Assembly: GCA_050951805.1 (NCBI GenBank)
Contig: JBMNJT010000002.1
Coordinates: forward strand, 320,001-384,000
DNA: 64,000 bases
Reading direction: 5' to 3'
Origin: Bacillota bacterium
GTDB taxonomy: Bacteria > Bacillota > DTU025
The notes beneath the pieces are model-generated. The model did not search any database. It was given only the letters and a program-made list of their open reading frames with translations, and was not told where the DNA came from. A program made the position numbers and the translations under genes. This document shows positions 49,867-61,000 of the stretch, piece by piece. Numbering within the stretch: the stretch's first letter is position 1; each line of letters starts with the position of its first letter.

Positions 49867-52800
49867 GTGGGCAGAGTGTTCAATGTCTTTAAGGTTCGAG
49901 ATCAGCTCGTCAGTGATTTCAAGGATTACGTTACTGGATTCATACATATCAACGATGAACGCATAAGAGGAAAGGTCGATGAGGAGTTCAAGCATGGCTT
50001 CCTATGGCCGGAGCCTCTGATACAACTGAACCCCTCCTATGAACAGACGAAGTATGTTGATGATCTTGTGGAGGAGGGACTGCTTCATCCCGAATGCAGC
50101 AGGATCTTCCGGCGTGATAAGACCCCTGACAGCCTCGGCAAACCGCTTCGCCTTTACAAACACCAAGAGGAAGCGATTCGTGCGGCAAGCAGCGGAGGCA
50201 ATTACGTTTTGACTACCGGGACAGGTTCCGGCAAGAGCCTTGCTTTCATAATCCCCATCGTGGATTACGTCCTGAGGAACGGTTCAGGCAAGGGTATCCA
50301 GGCAATTATCGTCTATCCCATGAACGCCTTGGCGAACAGCCAGATGGAGGAGCTCGCCAGATATCTAAAGCATGGTTACCATGAGGGCCGCGAACCAGTT
50401 ACTTTCCGACGCTATACAGGGCAAGAAAGCATGAAGGAACGCGAGGAAATCCAGGAGAATCCTCCCGACATTCTCCTTACAAACTATGTCATGCTAGAAT
50501 TGATACTCACGCGCGTACATGAGAGAGGGCTGGTTTGGGCGGGACAAGGCCTTCGTTTTCTTGTTCTCGATGAATTGCATACCTATCGGGGCCGTCAGGG
50601 TGCCGATGTTGCGATGTTGGTGCGTCGGGTCCGGGAGGCATTCGAAGCCCCGAACCTACAATGTATTGGCACATCTGCGACTATGGCCAGTGAAGGCGAT
50701 TTCAGAGATCAGCAAGCCCAGGTGGCAGAGGTGGCGAGCTTGCTCTTTGGGAGCGCCGTTGTTCCGGATCATGTTATCGGCGAAACGCTATGCCGTGTCA
50801 CCCCTGAACGAGATTTGAGTGATCCCAAGTTCATAGAAGAGCTCAGGCAATGCATCACCCATCCAGAGTCTTTCATGCCTAAAGGCTACGAGGCATTCAG
50901 AATGGATCCTTTGTCCATATGGATAGAGAGCACGCTTGGGGTGCGCAAGGAAAAGACCACTGAACGGCTCGTTCGGCAAATACCGATGAGCATAACAGGA
51001 CCGAAAGGCGCGGGGCGGAAGCTTGCAGATCTCACCGGGCTCGACGAACGGCTTTGCACGGAGGCGATCCAAAACCAGCTAGCGGCCAGTTACGATCCTG
51101 CAAATGCTCATCCACAGACTGAGGCAGCTCCATTCGCTTTCAAACTTCACCAGATGATAAGCAGAGGCGATACAGCCTACGCGTCGATAGGATCTCCTGA
51201 CGAGCGATACATAACTCTTCGAGGGCAGCGTTACGTTCCAGGAGAGGACAGGTCGCGATTTCTGTACCCCCTTGTCTTCTGCCGCGAATGCGGCCACGAG
51301 TACTACAGTGTAACGCAGGTAACCCAGACTGGAACTGGGCGGGTGTGCTATGAACCTCGTCAGTTTGGTGACGTGACTCCCGATAACGAACGGGATGACA
51401 GATCGTGCCGCCCTGGCTATCTCTACATTGACGATGACAAGCCGTGGCCGATCGATGACGGTGAAGTTGTGGCGAGGGTTCCCGATAACTGGGTGGAAGA
51501 AATGGCAACCGGGCGGAGGGTGAAAAGATACTATCAAGAGAGAGTGCCAAGCCTTGTTGTTCTTAGTCCAGATGGGACAGTGGCCGAATCCACAGATGAT
51601 GAGCGCATCCTGTGTGCATTCGTGCCGTCTCCATTCCAATTTTGCCCGTACTGCGGAATTGCGCACACGTCAATCTTGGGGGGTGAATACGGCAAGCTGT
51701 CTACCCTCGCTACAGAAGGACGGAGCAGCGCCACAACGATCATCAGCCTGTCAGCAGTCCAATCGCTGCGAAAGTGTGATGAGCTCGACAGCAGCACCCG
51801 CAAACTATTGAGTTTCACTGACAACAGGCAGGATGCCTCGCTTCAGGCAGGCCATTTCAATGACTTTGTACAGGTGGGGCTGATCCGCTCCGCCCTATAC
51901 AAGGCCATGACGGAGGTGGGAGAGAGAGGGCTTACTCACGATGTGCTTCCTCTTAGAGTCCTTGATGCCTTAGATCTTCCTCTAGAGTCGTATGCTTACG
52001 GGGGTGAACATGGTCTTGACTATCAGGCTCGATCCCGGGCTCGAAGATCCATGCAAAGCGTTTTGGAATACACCCTCTATTGCGACTTGGAACGGGGTTG
52101 GCGAGTCAACTCCCCCAATCTGGAACAATGCGATCTGCTCAGGATCGAGTATATAGCCTTGGATGAACTGTGCGCGGATGAAAGTGTCTGGAGCAATAAA
52201 CATGTGTCTCTGAGAGAGGCATCCCCTGAAACTAGGAAAGCCGCATGCGAGGTCTTGCTTGATTACATGAGGCATGGTCTTGCGATCAATGTGGAATGCT
52301 TGGAGCCTGATTACGGGGAAGTTGTCCGACGCCAAAGCGTGCAGAATCTCATAGAGCCTTGGGCTATCGACGAAGGGGAGAAAATGAAGACCGCCGCAGC
52401 CCTGTTTCCCGGCCCTCGTCCGAAAACACGGTATGGTGGAGGCGACGATCTCTACGCTTCCGGGAGGGGCTTGTACTGCGGTTACCTCCGGAGAAGCACA
52501 ACTTTCCCGGATTATCCCGAGAAACTCAGTTTAGATGAGGCCGAAAGCGTGTTGAAGTGTCTCCTGGACGCTCTTCGCTACGGAGGGCTTATTGTTGAGG
52601 TTCCCGAATACCGCCGGCGGGACAAAAACGTTCCAGGCTATCAAGTGAGGGCCAGCGGGATGATGTGGAAGGCTGGAGATGGAACCAATCCCAGGCCTGA
52701 TCCCTTGCGCACGTGGCCTGGCTTTGAGAATCTTCATAAAGCCAATCCGTTCTTCCTGGAACACTACACTGGGAAGGCCAGAAAGCTTCAGGGGATAGAA

Positions 52801-55182
52801 GCGCGTGAGCATACCGCTCAGGTATCTGCCGAAAACAGGTTGGAAAGGGAGAGACTCTTCCGCGAAGGGCAGCTTCCGGTGCTTTATTGCTCGCCCACCA
52901 TGGAATTGGGTGTCGATATCAGAGACTTGGCCGTGGTGAACATGCGCAACGTTCCTCCGAACCCTGCAAACTACGCGCAGCGGAGCGGACGCGCCGGGAG
53001 AAGCGGACAGCCTGCCCTTGTGGTCACGTATTGCTCTACCTTCAGCTCTCACGACCAATATTTCTTCCGCCGGCCGGAGCTGATGGTTGCAGGATCTGTT
53101 CTGCCGCCACGCATGGAACTTGCAAATGAGGACCTACTTAGGGCGCACATCCACTCAATGCTCCTATATGAGGCCCAGATCTCCCTAGGGTCATCGATGG
53201 TCGAGGTATTGGACATGTCGGGCGAGAAGCCGACTCTTGCTGTAAATGAAAGCATTGCGTCTGCCCTGCGGGATAGAGCTATACTGGCTCAGACTCGTGT
53301 TCCCGCGGAACGGGTTCTTGCTTCCTTGAAGCCACAGCTTGAGACGGTTGATTGGTATACAGATCGTTGGCTTGAGGATGTGCTCAACCAAGCCTATATC
53401 AGCTTCGACCGCGCATGTGAGCGGTGGAGGGGCCTTTTCAGATCCGCCAAGGAACAGGCGGATAGGAATCACAAGATTCAGACGGACCTCTCGTGCACCG
53501 ACAATCACAAGAAAGATCGGGCGGAGAGGTTGCATAACGAAGCGATTCGCCAGCTCAAGTTGTTGGCCAACGAAGGAGAGCATGACGACTCTGATTTCTA
53601 TCCGTACCGCTACTTCGCCGGAGAAGGCTTCTTGCCTGGGTACAATTTTCCTCGGCTGCCTTTGTCGGCATACATCCCTGGACAGCGAGGGCACAGAGGG
53701 AAGCGGGAGTTCATCTCGCGCGCGCGTTTCTTGGCCATATCCGAATTCGGCCCGAGATCCTTTGTTTACCACGAAGGCTCCCGATACCAGATTCGCAAGG
53801 TGATTCTGCCCCCTCAGGCGGTTGCAGGGGATGAGAGGGATCTCGCGCTCGAGACCATCAAGCAGTGCACTGCTTGCGGCTGTATCCATCCGTGCAACGA
53901 CGGGGATGACATCGTTATTTGCTCCAACTGCGGGCAGCGACTGGGTGGCGCACTTTCGAGTCTATTCAGGATGACCAATGTTTCCACTGAACGAGCTGCC
54001 AGAATCAACTGCGACGAGGAAGAGAGGCAGAGAGTGGGTTACGACATCCGGGTAGGTTTCAGGTTCGCCAACGTTGGAGGCAAACCCAGCTTTCGGGTAG
54101 CTCAGGTGACATGCGACGACGAGGAGCTTGCCGCTATTACGTATGCGCCTTCGGCGACCATTTCCAAGATCAACTTGGGCTGGCTCAAGCGCAAGGAGGG
54201 CGATGTGCTTCCGGGATTTGTCTTGGATCTGGAAACAGGCCGTTGGGCCAGGGGCAGCAAGACGTTGGAGCGAGTCGACGAGTCTGCTGCCGATGCAGAC
54301 GAGATGTCGAGGAACCAGGAACGCGTCATTCCCTATGTTGATGACACAAAGAATTGCCTTATATTCACTCCCACCTGCATGCTAGACGAATCCGCCATGG
54401 CAACCCTTCAGGCTGCGCTGAAGAGCGCGATTCAGATCAAATATCAGCTGGAGGATTCGGAACTTGCTGCTGAACCTCTTCCCTCGAGGAGTGATCGACG
54501 CCTGATTCTATTCTATGAGGCTGCTGAGGGCGGCGCTGGGGCTCTCAGAAATCTCATCGATGATCCGCAGGCTTTGTCTGAGATTGCCAGAGAAGCCTTG
54601 AGCATATGCCATTACGACCCCGATACCTTGGAGGATCTGGGCGCCGGTTCGGATGTTGATGAAGGGTGCGAGGCTGCGTGCTATGACTGCCTGATGAGTT
54701 ATTCAAACCAGATGGACCATGCGATTCTCGACAGAAAGCACAAGAAGGTATTGGAGTTTCTGGAGAGCATGAAGGACTCGTGTACTGAGGCCTCTCCGGT
54801 GGGTATGCCTCGTGGGGAGCACCTTGAGACTTTATTGGCCAAGTGCGACTCCGATCTTGAACGCAAATGGCTGAAGTTCATATCCGATCTCGACTTGAGG
54901 CTTCCTACAGAGGCACAGAAATATCTGGCCGAGGCCAATACGAGGGTTGACTTCTACTATGAGATAGAGTCAGCTCCTGCTGTGGCCGTATACATAGACG
55001 GTCCTGTTCACGAGATTCGAGATCGTGCGCGGGTCGACAGAGACCAGGAGGCGGGCCTTGCACAACTTGGAATCATGTGCCTGAGGTTCAGCTATGACGA
55101 CGACTGGGAACGGATCATAGCAGAGCACCCGAGCATTTTCGGCAAGATCGAAAGTGGTGCACGGAGAGGTGATATGCAGTGA
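49867..55182 (+). CDS. YprA/MrfA-like DEAD/H helicase with DUF1998 Zn domain and C-terminal Vsr/DUF559-like endonuclease (1771 aa)
   Basis: LYKHQ, TGTGSGKS, YPMNALANSQ, DELHTYRG, SAT, FTDNRQDA, EHTAQ, TMELGVDI, QRSGRAGR; several CxxC; EGGAG...CEAACYDCL; C-terminal VDFYY..AVYIDGPVH...DR. Confidence 0.9.
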   Translation: MGRVFNVFKVRDQLVSDFKDYVTGFIHINDERIRGKVDEEFKHGFLWPEPLIQLNPSYEQTKYVDDLVEEGLLHPECSRIFRRDKTPDSLGKPLRLYKHQEEAIRAASSGGNYVLTTGTGSGKSLAFIIPIVDYVLRNGSGKGIQAIIVYPMNALANSQMEELARYLKHGYHEGREPVTFRRYTGQESMKEREEIQENPPDILLTNYVMLELILTRVHERGLVWAGQGLRFLVLDELHTYRGRQGADVAMLVRRVREAFEAPNLQCIGTSATMASEGDFRDQQAQVAEVASLLFGSAVVPDHVIGETLCRVTPERDLSDPKFIEELRQCITHPESFMPKGYEAFRMDPLSIWIESTLGVRKEKTTERLVRQIPMSITGPKGAGRKLADLTGLDERLCTEAIQNQLAASYDPANAHPQTEAAPFAFKLHQMISRGDTAYASIGSPDERYITLRGQRYVPGEDRSRFLYPLVFCRECGHEYYSVTQVTQTGTGRVCYEPRQFGDVTPDNERDDRSCRPGYLYIDDDKPWPIDDGEVVARVPDNWVEEMATGRRVKRYYQERVPSLVVLSPDGTVAESTDDERILCAFVPSPFQFCPYCGIAHTSILGGEYGKLSTLATEGRSSATTIISLSAVQSLRKCDELDSSTRKLLSFTDNRQDASLQAGHFNDFVQVGLIRSALYKAMTEVGERGLTHDVLPLRVLDALDLPLESYAYGGEHGLDYQARSRARRSMQSVLEYTLYCDLERGWRVNSPNLEQCDLLRIEYIALDELCADESVWSNKHVSLREASPETRKAACEVLLDYMRHGLAINVECLEPDYGEVVRRQSVQNLIEPWAIDEGEKMKTAAALFPGPRPKTRYGGGDDLYASGRGLYCGYLRRSTTFPDYPEKLSLDEAESVLKCLLDALRYGGLIVEVPEYRRRDKNVPGYQVRASGMMWKAGDGTNPRPDPLRTWPGFENLHKANPFFLEHYTGKARKLQGIEAREHTAQVSAENRLERERLFREGQLPVLYCSPTMELGVDIRDLAVVNMRNVPPNPANYAQRSGRAGRSGQPALVVTYCSTFSSHDQYFFRRPELMVAGSVLPPRMELANEDLLRAHIHSMLLYEAQISLGSSMVEVLDMSGEKPTLAVNESIASALRDRAILAQTRVPAERVLASLKPQLETVDWYTDRWLEDVLNQAYISFDRACERWRGLFRSAKEQADRNHKIQTDLSCTDNHKKDRAERLHNEAIRQLKLLANEGEHDDSDFYPYRYFAGEGFLPGYNFPRLPLSAYIPGQRGHRGKREFISRARFLAISEFGPRSFVYHEGSRYQIRKVILPPQAVAGDERDLALETIKQCTACGCIHPCNDGDDIVICSNCGQRLGGALSSLFRMTNVSTERAARINCDEEERQRVGYDIRVGFRFANVGGKPSFRVAQVTCDDEELAAITYAPSATISKINLGWLKRKEGDVLPGFVLDLETGRWARGSKTLERVDESAADADEMSRNQERVIPYVDDTKNCLIFTPTCMLDESAMATLQAALKSAIQIKYQLEDSELAAEPLPSRSDRRLILFYEAAEGGAGALRNLIDDPQALSEIAREALSICHYDPDTLEDLGAGSDVDEGCEAACYDCLMSYSNQMDHAILDRKHKKVLEFLESMKDSCTEASPVGMPRGEHLETLLAKCDSDLERKWLKFISDLDLRLPTEAQKYLAEANTRVDFYYEIESAPAVAVYIDGPVHEIRDRARVDRDQEAGLAQLGIMCLRFSYDDDWERIIAEHPSIFGKIESGARRGDMQ

Positions 55183-58031
55183 ATAGCATGGGTTTCGGAG
55201 TAGGAACTTTGGTTCGAGCAAGGGGCCGTGAGTGGGTGGTACTGCCAGGCTCTGAAGAGGAACTCCTCCTTCTCAGGCCTTTGGGAGGCGAGGGGGAGAT
55301 TGCTGGTATATGCACATCCCTTGAGCCTGTAGAATCTGCTCACTTTGATCTGCCTGATCCGGAGCATGTTGGGGAGTCTTTTTCCTGCCGGATGTTGCGG
55401 GATGCGGCAAGGCTCACATCCCGCGCCTACTGCGGTCCTCTGCGCTGTTTGGGCAGGGTTGCCGTGGAGCCCCGCCTATACCAGCTTGTACCCTTGTTGA
55501 TGGCGCTCAAACTCGATCCGGTCAGGGTGCTCATTGCAGACGATGTAGGGGTGGGCAAGACGATTGAGGCTTGCCTCATAGCCCGCGAACTCCTCGATAG
55601 AGGAGAGATTACTCGAACCGCTGTGCTCTGTCCACCACACTTGGCAGAGCAGTGGCAGGTGGAAATGGCCGAAAAGTTCCACATTGAAGCTGAGCTTGTT
55701 CTTTCGTCCACCGCATCTCGCCTCGAACGCAACTGCGCTATGGGGCAGTCTCTCTTCGAGGTGTATCCACACGTGATCGTCTCTCTTGATTTTATTAAGA
55801 CAGACCGCAGACGCGAGGAATTCCTCAGGACGGCGCCGGAGTTCGTGATCATAGATGAAGCCCATACATGCGCTTTCGGCTTTGAAAGACGTGGAAGGCA
55901 TCAAAGGTATGAGCTGGTGTCGAAGCTTGCAGCCGATCCTGACCGTCATATGGTGTTTGTTACAGCCACTCCGCACAGCGGCAAGGAAGACGCGTTCCGT
56001 TCGCTCATAAGCTTTCTCGATCCTGAGTTTTCCTATTATCCGGAGGATCTTTCAGGACCCGACAACGAGCCCCGTCGCCGCCGGTTGGCTCAGCACTTAG
56101 TCCAGCGTCGGCGGGCTGACATAGAACACTACCTTGACGCTGAGACTCCCTTTCCCAGGCGGGATGCGCAGGAGGCTCATTACACGTTGCACACCGGCTA
56201 CAAGCAGCTGTTCGATGAGGCCATAGATTATGCGAGGGAGACTGTGGCGGACGAATCGGGAGATTTTCATAGGCAGAGGGTGAGATGGTGGTCGGCGCTC
56301 GCCCTCCTTCGCGCCTTGGGATCGAGCCCTAGGGCAGCCGCGGCTACGATGAGGACGAGAGCGGGCGTCGCTGAGGCCGAGACGGTGGAGCAGGCAGACG
56401 AGATCGGGAGGCGGACCGTCTTTGATATTGATGCAGATGAGCAGCTTCCTGAAGGGATCGACATAGTGCCGGGGAGCCTAGCGGAATTGGAAGGCGAATC
56501 CGAGGAGGATAAGGAGAGCCAACGCGAAAAGCGGCTGCTATCACGCATGGCGCGGCAGGCAGAAGCCTTGGAAGGCGATAAGGATCACAAGTTGATCAAG
56601 ATGGTTGGTTTTGTGGAGGAGTATATCGATGATGGATATAGCCCCATAGTCTTTTGCCGTTTCATTCCCACCGCTGAATACGTGGCGGAGGAGTTGAGGA
56701 AGCGTCTTCCCAAGGACGTGGAAGTGGCTTGTGTAACAGGGATGCTTCCCCACGTTCTCAGAGAAGAGCGGGTGATGGATCTTGCTAACCACAAGAAGCG
56801 GGTTCTGGTGGCTACTGATTGCTTGTCGGAAGGGCTCAACCTGCAGGAGAGCTTCAACGCTGTCATCCACTATGACCTATCCTGGAATCCTACGAGGCAT
56901 GAGCAAAGAGAGGGCCGGGTCGACAGGTTCGGTCAGAAGAGCCCAAGTGTTCGCGTCCTTACATACTATGGCCTCGACAACCAGATAGACGGAATCGTCC
57001 TCGATGTCCTCCTTCGAAAGCACCAGACGATCAGAAGCAGCCTGGGCATTTCGGTGCCAGTGCCGCTTGACGCGAAGGCTGTGGAGGAAGCTATCTTGGA
57101 AGGACTTCGCCTGCGACAGCCGGAGGACGCTGTTCAGCTTTCGTTGCCAGGCATTGAGGAACAGGTCTATGTGGCCAGGTCCGAGTTTGAAGCGATTTGG
57201 GACAAGTCCGCCCAAAGGGAGAAGCGATCGAGAACGGTGTTTGCCCAGGATTCGTTGAAACCTGAAGAGGTTCTGGATGCCCTCGAGGAGGCGCAAGGCT
57301 CGATGATGACGGCTGCCGATGTGGAGCGGTTCTTCGTAGGGGCGGTGAGAAGCTCGGGAGGCGCGGTGCTCTGCCATGATGGTGTGGCGGTTTTCGACCT
57401 GCGTGAGATGCCTCGCGCCTTGAGAGATGCTTTGGGTGCGCCAGAAGTCTTTGAGGCAGCCTTCGATTTGCCGGTCCCTGAAGGGGTTCGCTGGCTTAGA
57501 CGGACTGATCCGTTTGTGGAATCGATGGCCTCCTATGTCTTGGATACCGCCTTGGATGCGCACGGAGAGACGATTGCGCGCCGGGTTGGCGCGATGATGA
57601 CCGACGCGGTGTCCACGCTCACGACGCTGCTTCTGGTGAGGTACAGATATGACATAACAACCTACATGGACATACAGGAGGCTTCGCAGCTGGCTGAGGA
57701 GTGCATTGCCCTAGCCTATGAGGGGCTTCCTACTCAGCCTCGTTGGCTTGAAGATCACCAGGCCCAGGAGCTCCTCGATGTGGAGCCTACGGGCAATGTC
57801 TACCGTGAGCAGGCTTTGTATTTCGTGAGGCAAGCAGTAGATGGCTACGATGGGCTTGTAGAGCATGTGGAGGAGATTGCGCAGCAGAGGGCTGAGGGCC
57901 TCCTTGCGGCTCACAGGCGTGTGCGTTCGGCTGCGCGGATGAAGGGTGTTCGCTACAGGGTTCAGCCCCGTCTCCCCGCAGACATACTGGGCATCTATGT
58001 TTATCTGCCCGACAGGAGGGAGAACGCATGA
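55179..58031 (+). CDS. SNF2-family helicase, DrmD-like
   Basis: N-terminal G.LVRARGREWVV, YQLVPL, ADDVGVGKT, DEAH, TATPHSG, SEGLNLQ, WNPTRHEQREGRVDR; GTGA overlap with the upstream gene. Confidence 0.9.
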   Translation: MNSMGFGVGTLVRARGREWVVLPGSEEELLLLRPLGGEGEIAGICTSLEPVESAHFDLPDPEHVGESFSCRMLRDAARLTSRAYCGPLRCLGRVAVEPRLYQLVPLLMALKLDPVRVLIADDVGVGKTIEACLIARELLDRGEITRTAVLCPPHLAEQWQVEMAEKFHIEAELVLSSTASRLERNCAMGQSLFEVYPHVIVSLDFIKTDRRREEFLRTAPEFVIIDEAHTCAFGFERRGRHQRYELVSKLAADPDRHMVFVTATPHSGKEDAFRSLISFLDPEFSYYPEDLSGPDNEPRRRRLAQHLVQRRRADIEHYLDAETPFPRRDAQEAHYTLHTGYKQLFDEAIDYARETVADESGDFHRQRVRWWSALALLRALGSSPRAAAATMRTRAGVAEAETVEQADEIGRRTVFDIDADEQLPEGIDIVPGSLAELEGESEEDKESQREKRLLSRMARQAEALEGDKDHKLIKMVGFVEEYIDDGYSPIVFCRFIPTAEYVAEELRKRLPKDVEVACVTGMLPHVLREERVMDLANHKKRVLVATDCLSEGLNLQESFNAVIHYDLSWNPTRHEQREGRVDRFGQKSPSVRVLTYYGLDNQIDGIVLDVLLRKHQTIRSSLGISVPVPLDAKAVEEAILEGLRLRQPEDAVQLSLPGIEEQVYVARSEFEAIWDKSAQREKRSRTVFAQDSLKPEEVLDALEEAQGSMMTAADVERFFVGAVRSSGGAVLCHDGVAVFDLREMPRALRDALGAPEVFEAAFDLPVPEGVRWLRRTDPFVESMASYVLDTALDAHGETIARRVGAMMTDAVSTLTTLLLVRYRYDITTYMDIQEASQLAEECIALAYEGLPTQPRWLEDHQAQELLDVEPTGNVYREQALYFVRQAVDGYDGLVEHVEEIAQQRAEGLLAAHRRVRSAARMKGVRYRVQPRLPADILGIYVYLPDRRENA

Positions 58032-61000
58032 AGGGACGTCTTAATGGACGCTTTGCCGCAGTGCGAACTGAGGGCGGTCTGCTTCCTCCTGACCTCATTC
58101 AGCGGATAGCTGCAGGAGACGCCTCTCTGCCCGGCCTTGGCTCAGGGTCTTATCATCTTGCCCGGGGGGAGAGGTTGAATGAAGCGATTGCCCGGTCGTG
58201 GGTGAGGGTGCGTGGCGCGTGGGGAGGATTCTGCGAAGCTTTGGAACAGCTTCCTCAGGATGATCCTGCGGTAAGGCTGACGCGAGAAAGATGGCTTGGC
58301 GTCATATTCCAGGAACTTCACTATGGAAGGCTCCCCAGGGCCAGTGGGCTGGAGATAGAGGGAAAAGCCTACCCAATATCCCACAAGTGGGGCAATGTAC
58401 CCATACATTTGATGGGTTATGGAGTGGACCTGGATAAGCGCACTCCGGGGGTGGCGGGGGCGGCTTCTATGAGCCCACATGGGCTTGTTCAGGAGTACAT
58501 TAACCGCAGCGATGGGCATCTTTGGGGCATAGTGTCGAATGGGCGGAAGCTCAGGCTCTTGCGTGACAACGTGAGCTTGACCAGGCAATCATATATCGAG
58601 TTCGACATTGAGGCGATAATGAGAGGGGAACTGTACTCGGACTTCACGCTGTTTTGGTTGTTATGCCATCAATCGAGGCTGGAGAGCGAGGATCCGTCTG
58701 AATGCTGGCTGGAACAGTGGGCTCAGATTGCAAAGGAGCAGGGAGCTAGGGCCCTCGAGGAGCTGCGCGATGCCGTGGAGGACGCTATTGAGCGGCTCGG
58801 GTCCGGATTTTTGAAGCATCCTGGCAACCAGGAGCTGCGCAGAAAACTGAGAACAGGAGAGCTTTCGGCGGAGGATTACAAGAACCAGCTTCTACGGCTC
58901 ATCTATCGCATCATATTCCTCTTCGTAGCGGAAGATCGGGGTTTGCTCCATCCTGAGGAGACTGACAGGTGCGTTAAGGAGGTCTATGCGGATTACTACT
59001 CTGTGGGAAGACTTAGAAGGCTTGCGGAGCGCCCCCGCGGGGGCAAGCATCATGATCTATATCGTTCGCTTCAGGTGGTGATGGAGGCGCTCGGATCTGA
59101 CGACGGCGCTCCCGAGATCGGCCTTGCGCCAATGGGAGGCGGACTTTGGGCGCCGGATTTTGTGCCCGACTTGGCTCACGCGGATGTCTCCAATGCTGAT
59201 TTTTTGGCCGCCATCAGGAAGCTGACGTTCATGACTAGAGATGGCGTGAGGATGGCTGTGGATTACGCCAACATAGGGCCTGAGGAGATAGGGGGAGTAT
59301 ACGAATCTCTCCTCGAGCTCGCGCCTGACTTGGACGCAGATTCAGGGCACTTCGAGTTGGTTGGGGTCTCCGGCAGTGCCCGGAAGACGACGGGTTCGTA
59401 TTACACTCCTCGAGAGCTGATCCAGTCTTTGCTCGACTCGGCTTTAGATCCTGTGTTGAATGAGGCGGCTCGGCAGCCCTATGCTGAAGAGGCTATTTTG
59501 GGGCTCAAAGTGTGTGACCCAGCATGTGGCAGCGGGGCTTTTCTAATCGCTGCGGCCCACCGAATGGCGGGGAAGCTTGCTTCTGTAAGGACTGGGGATG
59601 ATGAGCCTTCACCTGAAGAGGTGAGAAAGGCTCTGCGGGATGTGATCGGCCGCTGCATCTACGGAGTGGATCTCAATCCTTTGGCTGTGGAGCTTTGCAA
59701 GGTGAACCTGTGGATGGAGACGATGGAAAGCGGCAAGCCTCTCTCATTCCTTGACCACAGGATATTGGTTGGAAACAGCTTGCTCGGAACAGTGCCCGCC
59801 CTCATGGAGCAGGGGATTCCCAATGACGCGTTCAGGGCCATTTCAGGCGATGATAAGAAAATTGCTTCGCAGTGCCGCAGGAGGAACCGCGAGGAAAGGG
59901 ATGCCACCGCCATGTTTGTTGCAGATGGCGAGGGGCACAGCGTGTCGCCGCGTTTTCTCCAAGAAACATCGGGTTTGGTGGAGGCTATTGCCGAGATCAA
60001 TGTACTATCGAATGATGACGTTTTAGAAATAAGGGAGAAGGACGCGCGTTACAAGAAGCTGCTCGAATCGCGCGATTACAGGGGACAGAAGTTCGAGGCT
60101 GATGCCTGGTGTGCCGCCTTCGTGTGGGAGAAGACAAAGAATGCGCCTGAACCCATAACGACTGCAGTGTTTCAGTCGATCAAAGCAAGCCCCGATTGGT
60201 TGGCGCCCGAGGTTCGCGAGGAAGTTGAGAGGATAACCCAGCAGTATAAATTCTTTCACTGGCACTTGGCATTCCCCGACGTTTTCCGCCTTCCTTTCGC
60301 GGGAGAATTGCCCGACAATCCTGACATGGGGTGGTGTGGCGGGTTCGATGTTGTGCTAGGGAATCCGCCGTGGGAGAGACTGAAGATTCAGGAGAAAGAA
60401 TGGTTTGCCAGCAGGCGCCCGGAAATCACTAATGCTCCCAATGCGGCGGCTCGAGCTCGGATGATAAAGGAGTTGAAAGCGGCCGAACCGTGGTTATACA
60501 AGGAGTTCATGGGTGATCTGCGCGTGGCTGACGGGGAGAGTCATTTCATCAGGAATAGCGGTCGGTACCCCCTTTGCGGACGCGGGGACATCAATACATA
60601 CTCCATATTTGCGGAGACGATGAAAAACATCATCTCGCTTTCAGGAAGGGTAGGGGCCGTGATACCTTCGGGCCTTGCCACGGACTACACAACGAGGTTC
60701 TTTTTCCAGGACATTATGGGGGCAGGTGGCCTCCCAGCTCTTGTTAGCTTCTATGACTTTGAAAACCGGCAGGGGATATTTCCGGGAGTTCATCGCAGCT
60801 ACAAGTTCAGCCTGGTGACGATGGCTGGCCCGGGGCAGCCAGCTACGGAAGGCGCGGATTTCGTGTTCTTTGCTCAACGGGTTGAGGACCTGAAGGACCC
60901 AGACCGCCACGTGCGTCTGACCATGCAAGACATCGAATTGCTCAACCCCAACACCCTCACGGTTCCGACATTCAGGTCGAAGCGGGATGCGGAGATCACC

